This document shows, in pieces, positions 41,001 to 50,030 of a stretch of 64,000 nucleotides of DNA; the first letter of the stretch is position 1, and each line of letters begins with the position of its first letter. The DNA comes from Fidelibacterota bacterium (lineage in GTDB: Bacteria > Fidelibacterota > Fidelibacteria > Fidelibacterales > DSDE01), in NCBI GenBank assembly GCA_046735395.1, contig JBJKQR010000018.1, positions 1 through 64,000 on the forward strand, given 5' to 3'. The position numbers and the translations under genes were made by a program. Below the pieces are notes generated by a model, which worked only from the letters and a program-made list of their open reading frames with translations, did not search any database and was not told the DNA's origin.

Positions 41001-41647
41001 ACGGCGGAATGGTTCAGACCCGGGTCTGTGATAACGGGAGCGGCATGAGCGATGAAGTGGCCAGCCGTATTTTTCAGCCGCTTTTTTCCACCAAGGGTTT
41101 TGAGGCAGGCCGAGGTTTCGGTATGAGCGGAGCCTATTCCATCATTCAGGAACACAAGGGACAGATCACCGTAAAACAGAGTAAACCCGGAAAGGGAACC
41201 TGTATCGAGATATTACTTCCCAAATCCGCGGCCGAAAAAAAATCACTGCCGGAAGAAAAGGCCGAGGACACGGAGGCCCGCCGCTTACGGATTTTATGGG
41301 TTGAAGATGATGCCTCCATTCGAAATCTGGCCACCAAGTATCTGCAGATTCTGAAACAGGACGGCGATTTTGCCGCGACCGGACAGGAAGCGCTGGAATA
41401 TCTGGCCGGAAACAGTTATGATCTGGTCATCTCCGATATCGGGATGCCGGAAATGAACGGCTGGCAGCTTGCGGAGATCATCCGGGAAAAATTCGACGGC
41501 AAGCTCCGGATCACGCTGATCAGCGGCTGGGCTGCGCAAATCGATGATGACGAAAAAGACAAGTACAATATATACAGTATTCTTGGAAAACCCATTCGCC
41601 TTGAACAGCTCAGGGAATTGATCCGGCAGGTTACCTCCGAATCGTGA
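38078..41647 (+). CDS. Hybrid sensor histidine kinase (multi-TM, PAS, GAF, GAF, PAS, HisKA, HATPase, REC)
   Basis: About 6 TM helices; AVAHDFNN; FSTKG..GRGFG; receiver SDIGMP. Confidence 0.9.
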   Translation: MQFQDKKSTTSHHQPDAHILNQLYLSNIQRGKLFSVFIMVILFPLLFLDYLRFQPLTGEMYQGGQLVFIGHLFSFLLIVLCFLLALRYNSLERTGVTQRYRVAVNTLLYLLLMSTTLVSAGDIMMGTGIANYLSAIMLFSILVYFPRWFSVFFFFSMTLALSVFIHYVGTDRDQMLTNLYVYTFIAFAASRYMYYMKKNDIRLQAELDNSRKLYKAIFDSSPDPIVIHDGERILNANQATARALGVPSTTEIIGRDPFLFVHPEDITKSSSRVMEMIRTHKALPPEEFKFLVQGNEERTVIATPMPIIYQEKPAMMVNYHDITDQKRAENVARISEDRAHLQRTAIARLAVDENLDEGPLESSFQKLTETVASVLSVNRCSIWLFDEDRFLLVCRDLYDNIQQQHKLDSPLTVSDYPRYFNTLYKENLLATTDVANDPRLIDFKKPGDENQPARSIMDCAINMDGRLIGVLCMETSGDDHAWLPSEEAFASNIASLAAHILLNKKRRAAEKALEDSYKVSEIINDILRKVNSTGSMDELFLTVHQSVSRLFNAQNFYIALLNKEKTRIHFPYYRDEMDKWLEEGSESNDIDAGDSRSLTAQVVREGQGMLLDDKAINEKFADSNDQFYGSLPLQWLGVPIRIREDIIGGIVVQSYNNPNQYTPADKTFLETVAESIAPAFERIIAETALRESRKKYQDLFEKSADANLIIENSVFIDFNQAAQDMLQLSAADRHKKIHPADISPAAQPDGENSLEKSERMMQLAIDNGSNRFEWIHVRGNGEAFPTEILLTAIYPEDGKPLIHTVVRDITEKKKTEEAMLKSQRLGAIGEMASAVAHDFNNSLQSIFGNLELATMFQKLPEELRQYLHSMKTAAEDAATRVQLLQRFGGKKQSRSVYGLVDMNQVVQDVILQSRPLWKDQAEKNGIVITIETTPGSIPPVTGNEGELRSVLYNIVKNSTEAMPEGGSIRISTDMDGGMVQTRVCDNGSGMSDEVASRIFQPLFSTKGFEAGRGFGMSGAYSIIQEHKGQITVKQSKPGKGTCIEILLPKSAAEKKSLPEEKAEDTEARRLRILWVEDDASIRNLATKYLQILKQDGDFAATGQEALEYLAGNSYDLVISDIGMPEMNGWQLAEIIREKFDGKLRITLISGWAAQIDDDEKDKYNIYSILGKPIRLEQLRELIRQVTSES

Positions 41648-41655
41648 GCTGCCAG

Positions 41656-42530
41656 CGCGAGTAACCCGTCTTCGTTTCACTACGACAGTATCGAGTAGCG
41701 AGTATCGAGTTGCCCGTCTTTGTTTCACTATGACGCGGTTGAAAGAAGCTGGAAGCTGGAAGTTTGAAGCTCGCGTCGCCGGATGACCGGCTCCTGAAAC
41801 AGCCCTTCCAGATTTCAAGTTGATATTCCCGGGATTGCCGGCTTTTAAAGCAGGGCGGAGTTTCGTTTCTTCCTCAACCTTAACCTTAACCTTGACCTAA
41901 ACCTTTCTTCGCGAACTTCGCGGTCTCACCGAGAGACTTTTTCCCCATCTACTCTATTACTCATCTACACTTCACCGCATCAACACGCCAGCCCGCAAAC
42001 CAGCAAACCATCCAACCCGCCAACCAACAAACCCGCCTAAGTTGTCATTGCGGATCTGATCCGCAATCTGGTTACCAAGTCGCGAAGATGCCGATAAAAT
42101 CAAGATACGAGTGGCATTTTGCCGCCCTTTTAAAACATGTAGAGACGTTGCATGCAACGTCTCTACCGAAATTCTATGGACGCGATGAATTTTGTTTCTT
42201 CCCCATTTACTCATCTACCTATCTACCCATCTACCCATCTACCCGTCTACGCATCTACGCTTTTACGCATCAACACGCCAGCCCGCCAACCACCCAACCA
42301 ACAAACCCGCCTTAGTATGTCATTGCGGACCTGATCCGCAATCTCTTGCCGTTGAAGGCGAGGTGTGATGTGTACAAGATTCCGGGGTACAACAGAATTA
42401 AGGAGATTCCGGATCGCCCCCGTCTCCGTTTCACTACGACGGGGTTGTCCGGAATGACAGTTTCATAATAATATAAGATTTGGTTTTTCACGATTAACCA
42501 GCTAACCCGCCGACCCGCAAACAACCTCAC
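41656..42530 (+). repeat. Mosaic intergenic repeat island C
   Basis: About 120-bp block 41736-41856 nearly identical to 18102-18222; octamer run (TCTACCCA-like) at about 42206-42277; GTCA-tagged hairpins at 42044-42068 and 42319-42343. Confidence 0.85.
42139..42166. repeat. GTAG-tagged perfect 28-bp palindrome (REP-like)
   Basis: gtagagacgttgca|tgcaacgtctctac. Confidence 0.8.
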
Positions 42531-42573
42531 GGCTTTATTATTTGAATCCGGTATATATCCGGATCTTCGGAAA

Positions 42574-43884
42574 TCAGTTCAGCTGATCAAGGAGCAGGGA
42601 TTTTACCTTGTCGATGGAAACGCGGTCCTGTGCCAGTGAATCCCGGTGGCGCAGCGTGACGGTGCGGTCCTCCACACTCTGGTGATCGACGGTGATGCAG
42701 AAGGGCGTGCCGGCTTCGTCCTGCCGGCGATAGCGCTTGCCAATGGATCCGCCTGTGTCGAACTGTGCCGGCATGGCTGTTTTCAGATCCTTGTACAGGC
42801 TTTCCGCCATCTCGGGCATGCCTTCCTTGTTGAACAGCGGAAAAACGGCAACTTTGTAGGGAGCCACCCGGGGTGAAAATTTCATGACCACCCGGTCATT
42901 GGCTTCATCCTCCCAGTAGGCATCCATCATAATGGTCAGGACGGTTCTGTCCACACCTGCCGAGGTTTCGACCACAGCCGGAAGGATCTTGTCACCCTTC
43001 ACCGTATCATTGAACAGCAGCTTCTTGCGGCTGTGATCCTGATGCTGGCCCAGATCAAAGGTTCCCCGGTCGGCGATTCCTTCCAGTTCGGAAAACCCGA
43101 AGGGCATTTCGTATTCCACATCGTAACAGGCGGAGGAATAATGAGCCAGCTCATCGGCTCCGTGAGGCCTCAGCCTGAGTTTTTCCGGCGTAATGCCCAA
43201 TGACTTGAACCAGTTCAGCCGTTCAGCGGCCCAGTATTCCAGATATTCGCGGCTGTCCTCGGGACGAAGGAAAAATTCCATTTCCATCTGTTCGAACTCG
43301 CGGGTTCGGAAAATGAAATTTCCGGTGGTGATTTCATTCCGGAAACTTTTGCCGATCTGGCCGATGCCGAAGGGGAGTTTGACGCGGTTCGAGGAGACGA
43401 CATTATCAAAATTTACAAAAATTCCCTGGGCGGTTTCGGGCCGGAGGTAAATATCCTGGGCCGTGTCGGCGGTGGATCCCAGAGCGGTCTTGAACATGAG
43501 ATTGAACTGTTTCGGATCCGCCAGTTCTCCCTTGCATTCGGGGCAGTGCGTCGTGTTTTCAGGAAGATGATCCTGACGGTAGCGGCGACGGCATTTGCGG
43601 CACTCCACCATGGGATCGTGAAAATTCTGAACATGTCCGCTGGCCACCCAGACTTCCGGATGCATGAGAATGGCCGTATCCATTCCGAGCACATCATCCC
43701 GGCTGGTGATCATGTCATTCCACCACTGATTCTTCACATTCCGTTTCAGCTCCACACCGAGAGGGCCGTAATCCCAGACCGCGTTGATTCCGCCATAAAT
43801 TTCACTGCTCTGAAACAGAAATCCGCGCCGCCTGCTCAGCGCCACGAGTTTTTCCATCAGGGGATAAGACATCGGTTTTGCCAT
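42574..43884 (-). CDS. glyS: Glycine--tRNA ligase, alpha2 (GlyQS/eukaryote-like) type
   Basis: WDYGPLG, YLRPETAQG, FRNEI, FRTREFEQME, GSIGKRYRRQDEAGTP. Confidence 0.96.
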   Translation of the reverse strand: MAKPMSYPLMEKLVALSRRRGFLFQSSEIYGGINAVWDYGPLGVELKRNVKNQWWNDMITSRDDVLGMDTAILMHPEVWVASGHVQNFHDPMVECRKCRRRYRQDHLPENTTHCPECKGELADPKQFNLMFKTALGSTADTAQDIYLRPETAQGIFVNFDNVVSSNRVKLPFGIGQIGKSFRNEITTGNFIFRTREFEQMEMEFFLRPEDSREYLEYWAAERLNWFKSLGITPEKLRLRPHGADELAHYSSACYDVEYEMPFGFSELEGIADRGTFDLGQHQDHSRKKLLFNDTVKGDKILPAVVETSAGVDRTVLTIMMDAYWEDEANDRVVMKFSPRVAPYKVAVFPLFNKEGMPEMAESLYKDLKTAMPAQFDTGGSIGKRYRRQDEAGTPFCITVDHQSVEDRTVTLRHRDSLAQDRVSIDKVKSLLLDQLN

Positions 43885-43898
43885 AATAACCTCTAAAT

Positions 43899-46220
43899 TT
43901 ATTTTTTCTTGCGCGTCCGGCCACCACGGGTCTTAGCCGGGGCCTCCGCAATCAGTTTTTTGCAGTCTTCGAGCGTCAGTGCTGACGGATCACTGCCTTT
44001 CGGGATTTTGAAATTTTTCTTTTTATGAGAAATATAGGGGCCGAAGCGGCCTTTCAGAATAGTGATATCCTCATTCTCCCAGGTTTTGATCGTATTTTCC
44101 CGGTCCCGAGCCCGCTTGGCTTCGATCAGTTCGATGCCCTCGGCCTCGCTGATCATGCCCGGATCCTGTTCCTTCTTCAGGGAGAAGAATTCGTTTTTAT
44201 GGCGCACATAGGGGCCGAAGCGTCCGATGGCCACGGTCATTTCCGCGTCTTCGTAGCTGCCGAGTACCCGTGGAAAGCGAAACAGTTCCAGGGCTTCCTC
44301 CAGACTGATGCTTTCGATGCTCTGGCCGGTTCTCAGGCTGGCAAAGCGCGGCTTGGTTTCAGATTCAGCAGAACCGATCTGAACCATGGGGCCGAAGCGT
44401 CCGATCTTGACCAGCACCGGTTCGCCGCTTCCCGGTTCAAGGCCCAGCTGCCGTTCACCACGGAAACGGGCGGCTTTTTCTATGGTTTCGCTGATCTGAT
44501 GATGGAAGGGGCCGTAAAATTCACGGATCATTTCGTGCCATTCCATCTTTCCTTCAGCAATGTCATCGAATTCCCGTTCGACTTCAGCTGTAAAATTGAA
44601 GTCCACAATATTGGGAAAATATTCAGTCAAAAATTTATTAACCAGGTTACCGATATCGGTGGGAAAGAGTTTCTGTTTTTCCGCGCCGGCATTTTCAGTC
44701 TTATGGGTGTCCTGTATGTGTTCCGAACCCTGTTTGAGACGGAGCAGGGTGTAGGACACTTTTTCACCCTCACGGCTTTCCTTCACCACATAGCCGCGTT
44801 TCTGAATCGTGGATATGGTGGGGGCGTAGGTGGAGGGGCGGCCGATGCCCAGTTCTTCCAGATTCCGGACGAGGGATGCTTCCGTATATCGGGCAGGAGC
44901 CTTGGTCTTTCGTTCCAGCGCCTCAATGAGATTGTAATGGAGTGCGTCGCCGGGGCTCATGCGCGGCAGCAGTTCCTGTCCGTCCCGTTCCTGATTCTCG
45001 TCATCACTGGATTCGGTATAGACTTTCATGAAGCCGTCAAAGAGCACCACTTCGCCTTTAGCCACAAATTTTTCCGTGATATCCGAATGTCCCAGAAGGA
45101 CGGTGGTTTTTTCCAGGCTGGCCGGAGACATCTGGGAAGCGATGGTCCGTTTCCAGATCATGTCGTAGAGCTTTTTCATCTGCGCGTCACCGCTGCAGTC
45201 CGGAGTATGCAGGTCAGTGGGACGGATGGCCTCGTGAGCTTCCTGGGCGCCCTTGCTCTTCGTCTTGAAATTCCGGGGTTTGCTGTAATCGGCTCCATAG
45301 CGTCCGGTGATTTCATCCTTCGCGGCGGCGATGGCCAGAGTGGACAGGTTGAGCGAATCCGTTCGCATATAGGTAATGATACCCGCTTCATAGAGCTTCT
45401 GGGCGATCCGCATGGTCTGCGTCACCGAGTAACCCAGCTTGCGGCTGGCTTCCTGCTGCAGCGTGGAGGTGGTAAAGGGCGGGGCAGGATTGCGGCTGCC
45501 CGGCTTCCGGTCAATATTTTCCACCTGAAATGATTTTCCGGCCGTCCGCTGCAGAAAATCCGTGGCGCGGTCCTTATCCGCAAATTTTGTATTCAGTTCT
45601 GCCTTGAAATTCTGTTTTTCGGTGGATTCGAATTCTGCCGTAACCTTGAAAAAGCGTTCCGGGACAAATTTACCGATTTCCGCTTCACGGTCGGAAATGA
45701 GGCGTACGGCCACAGACTGAACGCGGCCGGCGGACAGGGACGGCTGAACCTTCCGCCACAGAACGGGTGACAGTTCGAAACCCACCAGCCGGTCCAGAAC
45801 ACGCCGGGCCTGCTGGGCGTCCACGAGCTGCAGATCAATATTCCGCGGCGATTTGAGCGCTTCTTCTATGGCAGGTTTGGTGATTTCGTGAAAGACGATA
45901 CGCCGGGTGCGGGCTGCATCGAGCGACAGCGTCTCCGCCAGGTGCCAGGCAATGGCCTCCCCCTCGCGGTCGTGGTCGGAGGCCAGGTAAATGATGTCGG
46001 CTTTGCCGGCCAGCGTCTTTAGCTCTCCCACGATTTTCTTCTTGTCCGAACTGACGATATATTTCGGTTCGAAATTCTTTTCAATATTTACGCCAAGGTC
46101 TTTTTCAGGCAGATCCCGGATATGCCCCATGCTGGCCTTGATGGTATAGCCATTTCCCAGAAACCGGGAAATGGTTTTCGCTTTTGATGGCGATTCCACT
46201 ATGATGAGATGATCGGTCAT
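43899..46220 (-). CDS. topA: DNA topoisomerase I
   Basis: IVESPSKAK, DHDREGE, SAGRVQS, ITYMRTDS, GIGRPSTY; Topo_C-type G(R)FGPY repeats, no Zn fingers. Confidence 0.97.
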   Translation of the reverse strand: MTDHLIIVESPSKAKTISRFLGNGYTIKASMGHIRDLPEKDLGVNIEKNFEPKYIVSSDKKKIVGELKTLAGKADIIYLASDHDREGEAIAWHLAETLSLDAARTRRIVFHEITKPAIEEALKSPRNIDLQLVDAQQARRVLDRLVGFELSPVLWRKVQPSLSAGRVQSVAVRLISDREAEIGKFVPERFFKVTAEFESTEKQNFKAELNTKFADKDRATDFLQRTAGKSFQVENIDRKPGSRNPAPPFTTSTLQQEASRKLGYSVTQTMRIAQKLYEAGIITYMRTDSLNLSTLAIAAAKDEITGRYGADYSKPRNFKTKSKGAQEAHEAIRPTDLHTPDCSGDAQMKKLYDMIWKRTIASQMSPASLEKTTVLLGHSDITEKFVAKGEVVLFDGFMKVYTESSDDENQERDGQELLPRMSPGDALHYNLIEALERKTKAPARYTEASLVRNLEELGIGRPSTYAPTISTIQKRGYVVKESREGEKVSYTLLRLKQGSEHIQDTHKTENAGAEKQKLFPTDIGNLVNKFLTEYFPNIVDFNFTAEVEREFDDIAEGKMEWHEMIREFYGPFHHQISETIEKAARFRGERQLGLEPGSGEPVLVKIGRFGPMVQIGSAESETKPRFASLRTGQSIESISLEEALELFRFPRVLGSYEDAEMTVAIGRFGPYVRHKNEFFSLKKEQDPGMISEAEGIELIEAKRARDRENTIKTWENEDITILKGRFGPYISHKKKNFKIPKGSDPSALTLEDCKKLIAEAPAKTRGGRTRKKK

Positions 46221-46417
46221 CGGCTCCTCACTTTCGCCGCTAATATACAAAAAGTGCCGCTTATGTAACCACAGATCTCAGAGCACTTCCGTATTTTATT
46301 CCACGTTTCCACAAGGCAGGTAGTTTAAAATGAACTGAGCTAAATTGCCAGTCCAATTATAGGCGGGTCGGAATATAATCCCCGCCGAAGAGGAGTTCTG
46401 CCTGCGGAATTATGATA

Positions 46418-48025
46418 TCAGGATGCCCCGTTTCCATTCCGATTGGTGAGATGGAGCCGGTAAATCTTATAATTGATGGAATCACTGATGGCCTGCAGAC
46501 TGGCTTCGATGATATCATGGGAGGTTCCGACTGTAGCCCAGGTATTCTGCCCGTCGCTGCTTTCCACCAGCACGCGGACTTTTGCGCCGGTTCCGTTATT
46601 GTCACCGAGAACACGTACCTTGTAGTCCACCAGCTGCATAGTCCGGATTTCGGGGTAGAACCGCTGTATGGCTTTGCGAAGGGCCTTGTCCAGCGCATTG
46701 ACCGGGCCGTTTCCATCGGCTGCCGTGTGCTCGATCTCTTCCCCGACCTGTACCTTCAGGACAGCTTCCGCATAGCGGTTTCCCTTTTCGTCCACCAGCA
46801 CATTTGCCTTGGTATACACCACTTCAAAGAAGGGGGCATACATTCCCAGTTCAGCCTGCATCAGCAGTTCAAAGGATGCTTCAGCTCCGTCGAACTGCAG
46901 GCCTTCGTATTCCATGGCTTTCAGCTTCTGAACGAAGTTGCGTGAAAATTCCCGGCCTTCCGGCAGGGTGATCCCCAGTTCTCCGGCCTTGTAACGGATG
47001 TTGCTCTGTCCGCTCAGGTCCGAGACGAGGACATGCTGCTTGTTGCCGACCAGTTCAGGCCGGATGTGTTCGTACATGGCGCTGTTTTTGAGAACGGACG
47101 AGACATGAATTCCCCCTTTGTGAGAGAAGGCGGCCTTTCCGACGAAGGCAGCCCTGGGATTGGGGCTCAGATTCATGGTTTCCCAGACGAAATTGGACAG
47201 ATGGGTCAGCGTATTCAGCTGTGGAACGGCATTGAAATCCCGATGCATTTTCAGGTGGAGATTGGGCAGGATGGCGCAGAGGTTGGCATTTCCGCAGCGT
47301 TCTCCCACGCCATTGATGGTGCCCTGTACCTGCGTGACTCCCGCTACGACGGCTGCGAGTGAATTCGCCACGGCCAGTTCGGAATCATTGTGGGCATGGA
47401 TGCCGAGGGGAATGGCCAGATGTTCTGCCGACCGTAGGGTAATATCCGAAACTTCCTGAGTCAGAGCGCCGCCATTGGTTTCACAGAGTACGACACGTTC
47501 CGCACCGCCGTCCTCAGCTGCCCGGATCATTCGCAGTGCGAAATCCGGATTGTCCCGGTAACCATCGAAATAATGTTCGGCATCAAAAATGACCCGACGG
47601 CCATGATCACGCAGAAAGGCCACCGACCGGCGGATCAGGTCTTCATTTTCCTCATCACTCAGTCCGAGCGACGTCTGGGAGTGAAAACGCCAGGTCTTGC
47701 CGAAAATGCTCACGATGGGCGTTTCCGCGGCAAGCAGCGCCTGGATGTTGGCATCATTTTCCACCTTGTCCGGGAAGCGTGCCGTGGATCCGAAGGCGCA
47801 GATTTTTGCGTGAGCGAGATTCAGGCTCCGGACTTCACGAAAAAATTCTTCATCCCGCGGATTGGATCCGGGCCATCCGCCCTCGATGATGTCGATCCCG
47901 AATTCATCCAGCCGCTCGCTGATCATCAGCTTGTCACGGATGGACAGGTTGACCGACATGCCCTGCGTCCCGTCACGCAGGGTCGTATCGAAGATTTCTA
48001 TCTTGTCTTGTTGTTTCATCGTCAT
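46418..48025 (-). CDS. cimA: Citramalate synthase
   Basis: DTTLRDGTQG, EGGWPGSNP, FDAEHYFDGY, HKGGIHVS, LVDYKVRVL. Confidence 0.92.
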   Translation of the reverse strand: MTMKQQDKIEIFDTTLRDGTQGMSVNLSIRDKLMISERLDEFGIDIIEGGWPGSNPRDEEFFREVRSLNLAHAKICAFGSTARFPDKVENDANIQALLAAETPIVSIFGKTWRFHSQTSLGLSDEENEDLIRRSVAFLRDHGRRVIFDAEHYFDGYRDNPDFALRMIRAAEDGGAERVVLCETNGGALTQEVSDITLRSAEHLAIPLGIHAHNDSELAVANSLAAVVAGVTQVQGTINGVGERCGNANLCAILPNLHLKMHRDFNAVPQLNTLTHLSNFVWETMNLSPNPRAAFVGKAAFSHKGGIHVSSVLKNSAMYEHIRPELVGNKQHVLVSDLSGQSNIRYKAGELGITLPEGREFSRNFVQKLKAMEYEGLQFDGAEASFELLMQAELGMYAPFFEVVYTKANVLVDEKGNRYAEAVLKVQVGEEIEHTAADGNGPVNALDKALRKAIQRFYPEIRTMQLVDYKVRVLGDNNGTGAKVRVLVESSDGQNTWATVGTSHDIIEASLQAISDSINYKIYRLHLTNRNGNGAS

Positions 48026-48059
48026 ATCCTGATTTGCATTGTGTGGATATGTTCCGAAA

Positions 48060-48635
48060 TCAGGCGATTTCGGCCGAGGGGATCATGCCGGTTTTTCTGG
48101 CATATTCAAAAACACCGCCCGCCTCCACGATGGGAAGGACGGATCCCAGTCCCTGGAGTTTATAGGATTTTCCGGTGGTCAGATTCCGGCAGACATTTTC
48201 TGCGAAATTGATTTCCAGGCTATCGCCGGTTCGGACGACCGACTGAAGCGCATCCTGCGATTCATAGGGAACGACGAAGCCGCCGTCCACCGCATTCCGG
48301 TAAAAAATGCGGGCATAGGACTGGGCGATGATGGCCTCCACGCCGGCTTTCATCAGGGCATAGGGCGCATGTTCGCGGGAAGATCCGCAGCCGAAATTCG
48401 AGCCGCCGACCAGAATGCTGTATTCGGATTGTGTGTTTTCACCGTCGATGAAGGGAATATTTCCCTCCGGTAATCCCGATTCAGCTGCCGGGACACCCGA
48501 CAGGGCGAAATGGCCGTACTTGCTCGATTCTTCCTCATTTTCCATGCTGTATACCAGGTGTTCGGCCGGAATGATCTGATCCGTATCGATATTGTCACCG
48601 AGAACGAAGGCCTTACCCTTTATAACTCTATTCAT
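48060..48635 (-). CDS. leuD: 3-isopropylmalate dehydratase small subunit
   Basis: NIDTDQIIP, NFGCGSSREHA, ARIFYRN. Confidence 0.93.
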   Translation of the reverse strand: MNRVIKGKAFVLGDNIDTDQIIPAEHLVYSMENEEESSKYGHFALSGVPAAESGLPEGNIPFIDGENTQSEYSILVGGSNFGCGSSREHAPYALMKAGVEAIIAQSYARIFYRNAVDGGFVVPYESQDALQSVVRTGDSLEINFAENVCRNLTTGKSYKLQGLGSVLPIVEAGGVFEYARKTGMIPSAEIA

Positions 48636-48689
48636 GGTGTTTCCTTTAACTTTGATGAATGAAATTCATGATAATTCAAATCCCCGGTT

Positions 48690-49985
48690 TCAGAGTACAT
48701 CCCGCGGATCTGTAATGCTTCCGCCCAGAGCCGACGCGGCGACAGTCAGGGGTGAGGCCAGATAGACTTCGGCGTTTTTGCTTCCCATCCGTCCCGGGAA
48801 ATTCCGGTTCGTCGTGGAAATGACCACATCCCGGTCCTGAGAACGGCCGAAGGTGTCGGAAGGTCCGCCCAGGCAGGCCGCGCAGGACGGAGGAGCGATC
48901 TGGCAGCCGGCATCCAGCAGAATGTCGCGGATACTCTTGCCGTCAATCATCGTTTCCCCGAGCTGCCGGTTTACGGTGGTGGTCGCCGGAACGATAAAGG
49001 TGGGAATACGGACTTCCCGGCCTTTGAGCAGTTCGGCTGCCACCTGAAAATCATGGAGTTTTCCGCCGGTGCAGGATCCGATATAGCATTTTGTAAGTGC
49101 GGTCCCGGCCACTTCACGGACCGTCGCGCAGTTGTCCGGGCTGTGGGGCTTGGCCACGACCGGTTCCAGCTTCGTGGCATCATAATGATGAACCGAGGCG
49201 TAGACGGCATCTTCGTCGCTGCGGAATACGTCGTAATCCTTGTCGGTCCGATCCTTCAGGTATTCCAGAGTTACTGCATCTGCCTCAATGATCCCGTTCA
49301 TCCCACCGGCTTCAATGGCCATATTGCAGAGGGTCATGCGCTCTTCCATATTGAGGGATGAGATGGTGGAACCCGCAAATTCCATGGCCCGGTAGGTGGC
49401 GCCGTTGGTTCCGATGTCCCCCAGAATCCGAAGGATGAGATCCTTGGCCGTCAGATAGGACGGCAGCTCACCCTCGAAGATGAATTTCATGGATTCGGGA
49501 ACCTTTTCCCAGATTTTTCCTGTACCGAGAATGAAGGCCGCATCCGTATTTCCCACGCCGGTGGAGAACAGGCCGAAGGCGCCGGATGTACAGGTGTGGG
49601 AGTCGGTTCCGATGAGAACGGTGCCGGGCAGATTGTAGCCTTCCTGAGCCAATGCCACGTGACAGACGCCCTTGTAGCGGTCGCTGCCGACATCATAATA
49701 ATTAGGAAGATCGTGTTTTGCTGCGAATTCCCGGAGTATGTCCACATTGCGCCGGGCATGGACATTTTCGGTATAAATATAATGATCCGGAAAAATGACC
49801 AGTTTCTTCTTATCCCAGATGCGGGCCTGTTTCCCGAATTCCGCGGCCCAGATCTGAACTGTAGGCGGGCCGCAGACATCGTGAGTCATGAGCGTATCCA
49901 CATTGAGCCAGATATTTTCGCCCGGGGTGACACCGTCGCGCCCGGCCGCTCTGGCCAGAATTTTCTCGGTGATCGTCATCGGCAT
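48690..49985 (-). CDS. leuC: 3-isopropylmalate dehydratase large subunit
   Basis: DSHTCT, IGSCTGG, CAACLG, TTNRNFPGRMG. Confidence 0.93.
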   Translation of the reverse strand: MPMTITEKILARAAGRDGVTPGENIWLNVDTLMTHDVCGPPTVQIWAAEFGKQARIWDKKKLVIFPDHYIYTENVHARRNVDILREFAAKHDLPNYYDVGSDRYKGVCHVALAQEGYNLPGTVLIGTDSHTCTSGAFGLFSTGVGNTDAAFILGTGKIWEKVPESMKFIFEGELPSYLTAKDLILRILGDIGTNGATYRAMEFAGSTISSLNMEERMTLCNMAIEAGGMNGIIEADAVTLEYLKDRTDKDYDVFRSDEDAVYASVHHYDATKLEPVVAKPHSPDNCATVREVAGTALTKCYIGSCTGGKLHDFQVAAELLKGREVRIPTFIVPATTTVNRQLGETMIDGKSIRDILLDAGCQIAPPSCAACLGGPSDTFGRSQDRDVVISTTNRNFPGRMGSKNAEVYLASPLTVAASALGGSITDPRDVL

Positions 49986-50030
49986 AGTTTTTCCTTTTCT
50001 GTAATCGTGTTTTGTATGATTCCTCTTGGA

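Noticed and set aside
46297..46316. DnaA boxes or replication origin upstream of topA
   Set aside because: Only two imperfect TTATCCACA-like matches, with no cluster or unwinding element.
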